Assembly (NCBI GenBank): GCA_947254895.1
Contig: CAMYEY010000002.1
Coordinates: 1 to 39,592, forward strand
DNA length: 39,592 bases
Direction of reading: 5' to 3'
Origin: an uncultured Clostridia bacterium
GTDB taxonomy: Bacteria > Bacillota > Clostridia > Saccharofermentanales > DTU023
The notes beneath the pieces were generated by a model, which was not told the DNA's origin, searched no databases, and worked only from the letters and a program-made list of their open reading frames with translations. Position numbers and translations under genes: made by a program. This document shows positions 36,284 through 39,592 of the stretch, in pieces (positions within the stretch are counted from its first letter, which is position 1; every line of letters begins with the position of its first letter).

Positions 36284-37675
36284 ATGAAAGCTAGGGTGAT
36301 TAATCTAACTGAGGGACGGATTTGGGAACAAGTTTTACTGTTCTCTATACCTCTTCTCTTGAGCAATTTGTTGCAGCAATTATATAGTGCCGTTGACCTC
36401 ATTATTGTTGGTAATTTTGCTGGCGAAAATGAGATGGCAGCTATAGGATCCACTGCGGCCATCACAAATATGATTATCAATTTTTTCTTGGGTTTGGCTG
36501 TCGGATGTTCGGTTGTGGTGGCCCAGTATTTCGGTAGCGATGATTATGAAAATCTACAAAAGGCGATTCATTCAACCTACGCTATAGCCATAGCAGGCGG
36601 TTTGTTTTTAATGGTATCCGGTTACTTTGCTACACCTTTTTGCTTGGGGTTGATGCAAACACCAGCCGACATTATGGAGGATGCCGTTACCTATATGCGG
36701 ATCATCCTTGCTGGTAGTGTCCCCCTCTTGATCTACAATATGGGGGCCGGGATATTGAGATCGGTTGGTGATTCCAAGAGACCTTTTTACTTTCTCGTAC
36801 TATCGACTTTTACAAACCTGGTTTTGGATATTATCTTTGTTTATTTTTTTCGTTGGGGCGTGGCCGGTGCCGGCTGGGCCACGGTGATATCTCAGGTTGT
36901 TTCAACACTGCTTGTCTCATTCAGTTTGATAGAGGCTAACACGATTTATCACCTAACTTTACGGAAAATCAACTTTCATGGCCAAACCTGCCTGGAGATC
37001 ATCCGGATAGGTTTTCCAGCTGGTATTCAGGGGACCCTGATCGCCTTTTCAAATGTCTTGATCCAGTCTATGGTGAATAGCTTTGGGCCGGTGGCGATTG
37101 GCGGGGTGGCAGCTGCTTCGCGTTTGGACGGTATTGTCTTTTCTGTACTTAATTCATTCTCGTTAGCTGCTACAACTTTTGCAGGACAAAACTATGGGGC
37201 CGGTCTCAGGTCTAGGCTTAAACGGGGAGCTAAGGAGATTTCCGCCTTGACCTTTATCTGCACCTTTGCCATAGGAATGTTGGTTTTTCTTGCTCGCTAT
37301 CCTTTGGTCAGACTTTTCACATCTTCTCCGGATATCGTTTTAGTAGGGACTAGGATGATGGCATTTTTAACCCCCTTCTACTGGCTCCTAGGTCTTGTGT
37401 ACACTTTATCAGGCTATATAAGGGGAGTGGGAGAGTCACTGCGGCCGATGTTGATCATCCTTTTTGGTATGTGTTTTTTCCGATTGGTTTACTTATATAT
37501 TGCTCTTGATATCGATAATTCTTTGGATATGATATTTTTGTGTTATCCAGTATCATGGGTACTGACCCTGTTGATTATTTTCCTGTATTTTGAAAAGGGT
37601 AAATGGCGTAAACTGTTTTTAGACAAGTTACAGGAGGAAAAAGTAGTTGTTAAAGAGGCTGATGAAGTAAGGTAA
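36284..37675 (+). CDS. MATE family efflux transporter
   Basis: 12-TM profile and the N-terminal GxIWxQVLLFSIPLLLSNLLQQLY signature of MATE/NorM-like proteins. Confidence 0.85.
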   Translation: MKARVINLTEGRIWEQVLLFSIPLLLSNLLQQLYSAVDLIIVGNFAGENEMAAIGSTAAITNMIINFFLGLAVGCSVVVAQYFGSDDYENLQKAIHSTYAIAIAGGLFLMVSGYFATPFCLGLMQTPADIMEDAVTYMRIILAGSVPLLIYNMGAGILRSVGDSKRPFYFLVLSTFTNLVLDIIFVYFFRWGVAGAGWATVISQVVSTLLVSFSLIEANTIYHLTLRKINFHGQTCLEIIRIGFPAGIQGTLIAFSNVLIQSMVNSFGPVAIGGVAAASRLDGIVFSVLNSFSLAATTFAGQNYGAGLRSRLKRGAKEISALTFICTFAIGMLVFLARYPLVRLFTSSPDIVLVGTRMMAFLTPFYWLLGLVYTLSGYIRGVGESLRPMLIILFGMCFFRLVYLYIALDIDNSLDMIFLCYPVSWVLTLLIIFLYFEKGKWRKLFLDKLQEEKVVVKEADEVR

Positions 37676-37709
37676 TTCTAAGAGGTAAGGTTTAGGAGAG
37701 AAAAAGAAC

Positions 37710-39482
37710 ATGCGTAAGACAAAAATTATTTGTACGATAGGACCTGCCACGTCCAGTGAAAAAATGCTTAGAGCATTGATGCTCAATGGGATGAATGTAG
37801 CCAGGCTCAACTTTTCTCACGGAAGTCACGAGTCGCATTTGAAAACCATTAATATCATCAAAAAACTACGTAAAGAACTGGATTTACCTGTTGGTATCCT
37901 GCTCGATACTAAAGGTCCTGAAATTAGAACGAAGCTCTTTGAAAATGATGGTGTCGAATTTGTCACCGGTCAAGAAATTAGAATCGTTCGAGAAGATGTT
38001 CTCGGTAATAGCGAACGTTTTAGTATTAGCTATAAAGATATAGCAGATGACTTGGAACCCGGATCGACCATCTTAATAGACGATGGTTTGGTAGAATTAG
38101 AAGTAAAAAAAATTGAAGGCCGTGACCTAGTGTGTTTGATCACACATGGTGGTTTTGTTTCTAATAATAAGAGCATAAATTTACCGGGGATCAGCCTAAA
38201 TCTTCCCTCTCTAACAGCTCAAGATGAGGCTGATATTAAGTTTGCCGTTAAAAATAAAATCGACTTTATCGCAGCTTCTTTTGTTAGAAGAACAGCTGAC
38301 GTTCTGGCTATACGTAGAATTCTCAAGTCAGAAAATTGTAACACTATTGATATCATAGCCAAGATTGAAAACCAGGAAGGGGTTAATAACTTTGAAAATA
38401 TCCTCCAGGTAGCAGATGGGGTTATGGTGGCCAGGGGTGACCTGGGGGTCGAAATTCCTGAATATGAGGTTCCGGTTATTCAAAAGCAGCTGATCCGTTT
38501 GGCCTACCGTAGCGGTAAGGTGTCAATCACTGCAACTGAGATGCTTGATTCTATGATTCGTAACCCTAGACCCACCAGAGCCGAAGTTTCAGATGTGGCC
38601 AATGCTGTTATTGATGGCACATCAGCCATCATGCTTTCTGGTGAAACTGCCATGGGTAAGTACCCGATAGAGGCCCTTGCCACAATGGTTAAAATTGCTA
38701 GCCATACAGAGCAAAAATTTGACTATTGGGATGTCTTTAAGAAGATGGAGGTAGATGTATCCAATAACATTGCTGATGCAGTGAGCCATGCCTGCTGTTC
38801 GGCAGCTTTTGAGCTTAATGCTAAGGCAATAGTCGCTATAACCCATTCAGGTCGGACAGGCCGACTTGTATCGCGCTTCAGACCGGCTTGTCCTATAGTT
38901 ACCTTAACGGTATCTGAATCGGCGCGGTACCGCCTATCTCTTTCCTGGGGTGTTATACCTTATAAGATTGATGTCCTTAAGGACAGTGACGGTCTTTTTA
39001 ATATAGCGGAAGAAATTTGTTGCAGGGAAGGCTTTGCCAGTGATGGAGACACAATAGTGATCTCTGGCGGTACCCCGGTAGGGATATCAGGCACAACTAA
39101 TACCATGAAAGTCGCTACGGTAGGCTCCGCCTATACGAGTGGAAAGCCTCTCCACCCTGGCACCTCGGGAGACCGCATCTCAGGTCAAGTCTTTAATCTC
39201 AGTAGCTTTAGCGAGGGGGATGCGGCGGTTTCAGTTGAAAAGGCAGTTCAGGCTTTTAAACCTGGAGATATCTTACTCTGTCAAACAACCAAGCCTAACC
39301 TTCTTCCCCTGATCCGTAATGCCAGGGCTGTTATTGTGGAAGATCCGGACCCCGAAAGTCATGCGGTAACTGTATGTGAAGCCTTACAGATTCCTCTTCT
39401 TTATGCGACCGATGGGGCAACAGAGATCCTTAAAAATGGCCAGATGATTATTATTGATATGCATTCCGGCTTGATTAGTTAG
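37710..39482 (+). CDS. pyk: Pyruvate kinase with a C-terminal PEP-utilizer mobile domain
   Basis: MRKTKIICTIGPA..., MVARGDLGVEIP. The extra C-domain of about 100 aa is as in Bacillus/Geobacillus Pyk. Confidence 0.95.
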   Translation: MRKTKIICTIGPATSSEKMLRALMLNGMNVARLNFSHGSHESHLKTINIIKKLRKELDLPVGILLDTKGPEIRTKLFENDGVEFVTGQEIRIVREDVLGNSERFSISYKDIADDLEPGSTILIDDGLVELEVKKIEGRDLVCLITHGGFVSNNKSINLPGISLNLPSLTAQDEADIKFAVKNKIDFIAASFVRRTADVLAIRRILKSENCNTIDIIAKIENQEGVNNFENILQVADGVMVARGDLGVEIPEYEVPVIQKQLIRLAYRSGKVSITATEMLDSMIRNPRPTRAEVSDVANAVIDGTSAIMLSGETAMGKYPIEALATMVKIASHTEQKFDYWDVFKKMEVDVSNNIADAVSHACCSAAFELNAKAIVAITHSGRTGRLVSRFRPACPIVTLTVSESARYRLSLSWGVIPYKIDVLKDSDGLFNIAEEICCREGFASDGDTIVISGGTPVGISGTTNTMKVATVGSAYTSGKPLHPGTSGDRISGQVFNLSSFSEGDAAVSVEKAVQAFKPGDILLCQTTKPNLLPLIRNARAVIVEDPDPESHAVTVCEALQIPLLYATDGATEILKNGQMIIIDMHSGLIS

Positions 39483-39574
39483 GTTCATTAAATAAATGCT
39501 GTAACAAGCTCGACTTCCTTTAGAAAAGCATTATAGTCGGCTTATTATAGATAAGTTAAGAAAGGAAAATTTAT

Positions 39575-39592
39575 ATGAAAATTTATATTGCC
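39575..39592 (+). CDS. Start of an unidentified gene, cut by the window edge
   Basis: ATG preceded by GAAAGGA. Only six codons (MKIYIA) are visible. Confidence 0.2.

Noticed and set aside
1-39592. A scan for CRISPR repeats, IS elements or transposases, integrases, and rRNA or tRNA genes.
   Set aside because: I found no periodic direct repeats with spacers, no transposase- or integrase-like ORFs, and no rRNA or tRNA signatures by eye.

Overview
This window looks like a low-GC Firmicutes-type chromosomal segment, densely packed with core operons, mostly on the + strand. In order: mtaB (5' end cut by the window edge), ireB, ruvX and two DUF1292 genes. Next is a translationally coupled block of a DUF2156 protein, a CPBP protease, a 1065-aa lipoprotein and an AlaX-L editing protein. 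Then come ctsR-mcsA-mcsB-clpC with a CtsR operator, and a nine-gene V-type ATPase operon in Enterococcus hirae ntpFIKECGABD order whose K subunit keeps the Na+-binding residues. The rest is a racemase-like gene coupled to alr, orphan hisE, a 56-aa 2x[4Fe-4S] ferredoxin missing from the ORF track, a ComEC-like MBL lipoprotein (- strand), rsmI, the carboxynorspermidine dehydrogenase/decarboxylase pair, a MATE exporter and pyruvate kinase. I saw no rRNA, tRNA, CRISPR array, transposase or integrase. The non-ordinary part is 9.2-13.9 kb. (1) A 664-bp ORF-free gap between convergent genes carries a near-consensus promoter. Its predicted transcription start is the first base of a 9-nt segment perfectly complementary to a segment about 510 nt downstream, which is followed by a U-run. 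I read this as a candidate large (about 0.53 kb) non-coding RNA of unrecognised class. (2) A tight minus-strand four-gene operon encodes a 2-TM protein, a signal-peptide-less metzincin, a cytidylate-kinase-like/PD-(D/E)xK-like fusion, and an Hpt-family protein with substituted catalytic residues. (3) Two small XRE regulators sit beside it, and a shared TGTTACAAT element marks all three promoters. All functional readings of this patch are inference from sequence only.
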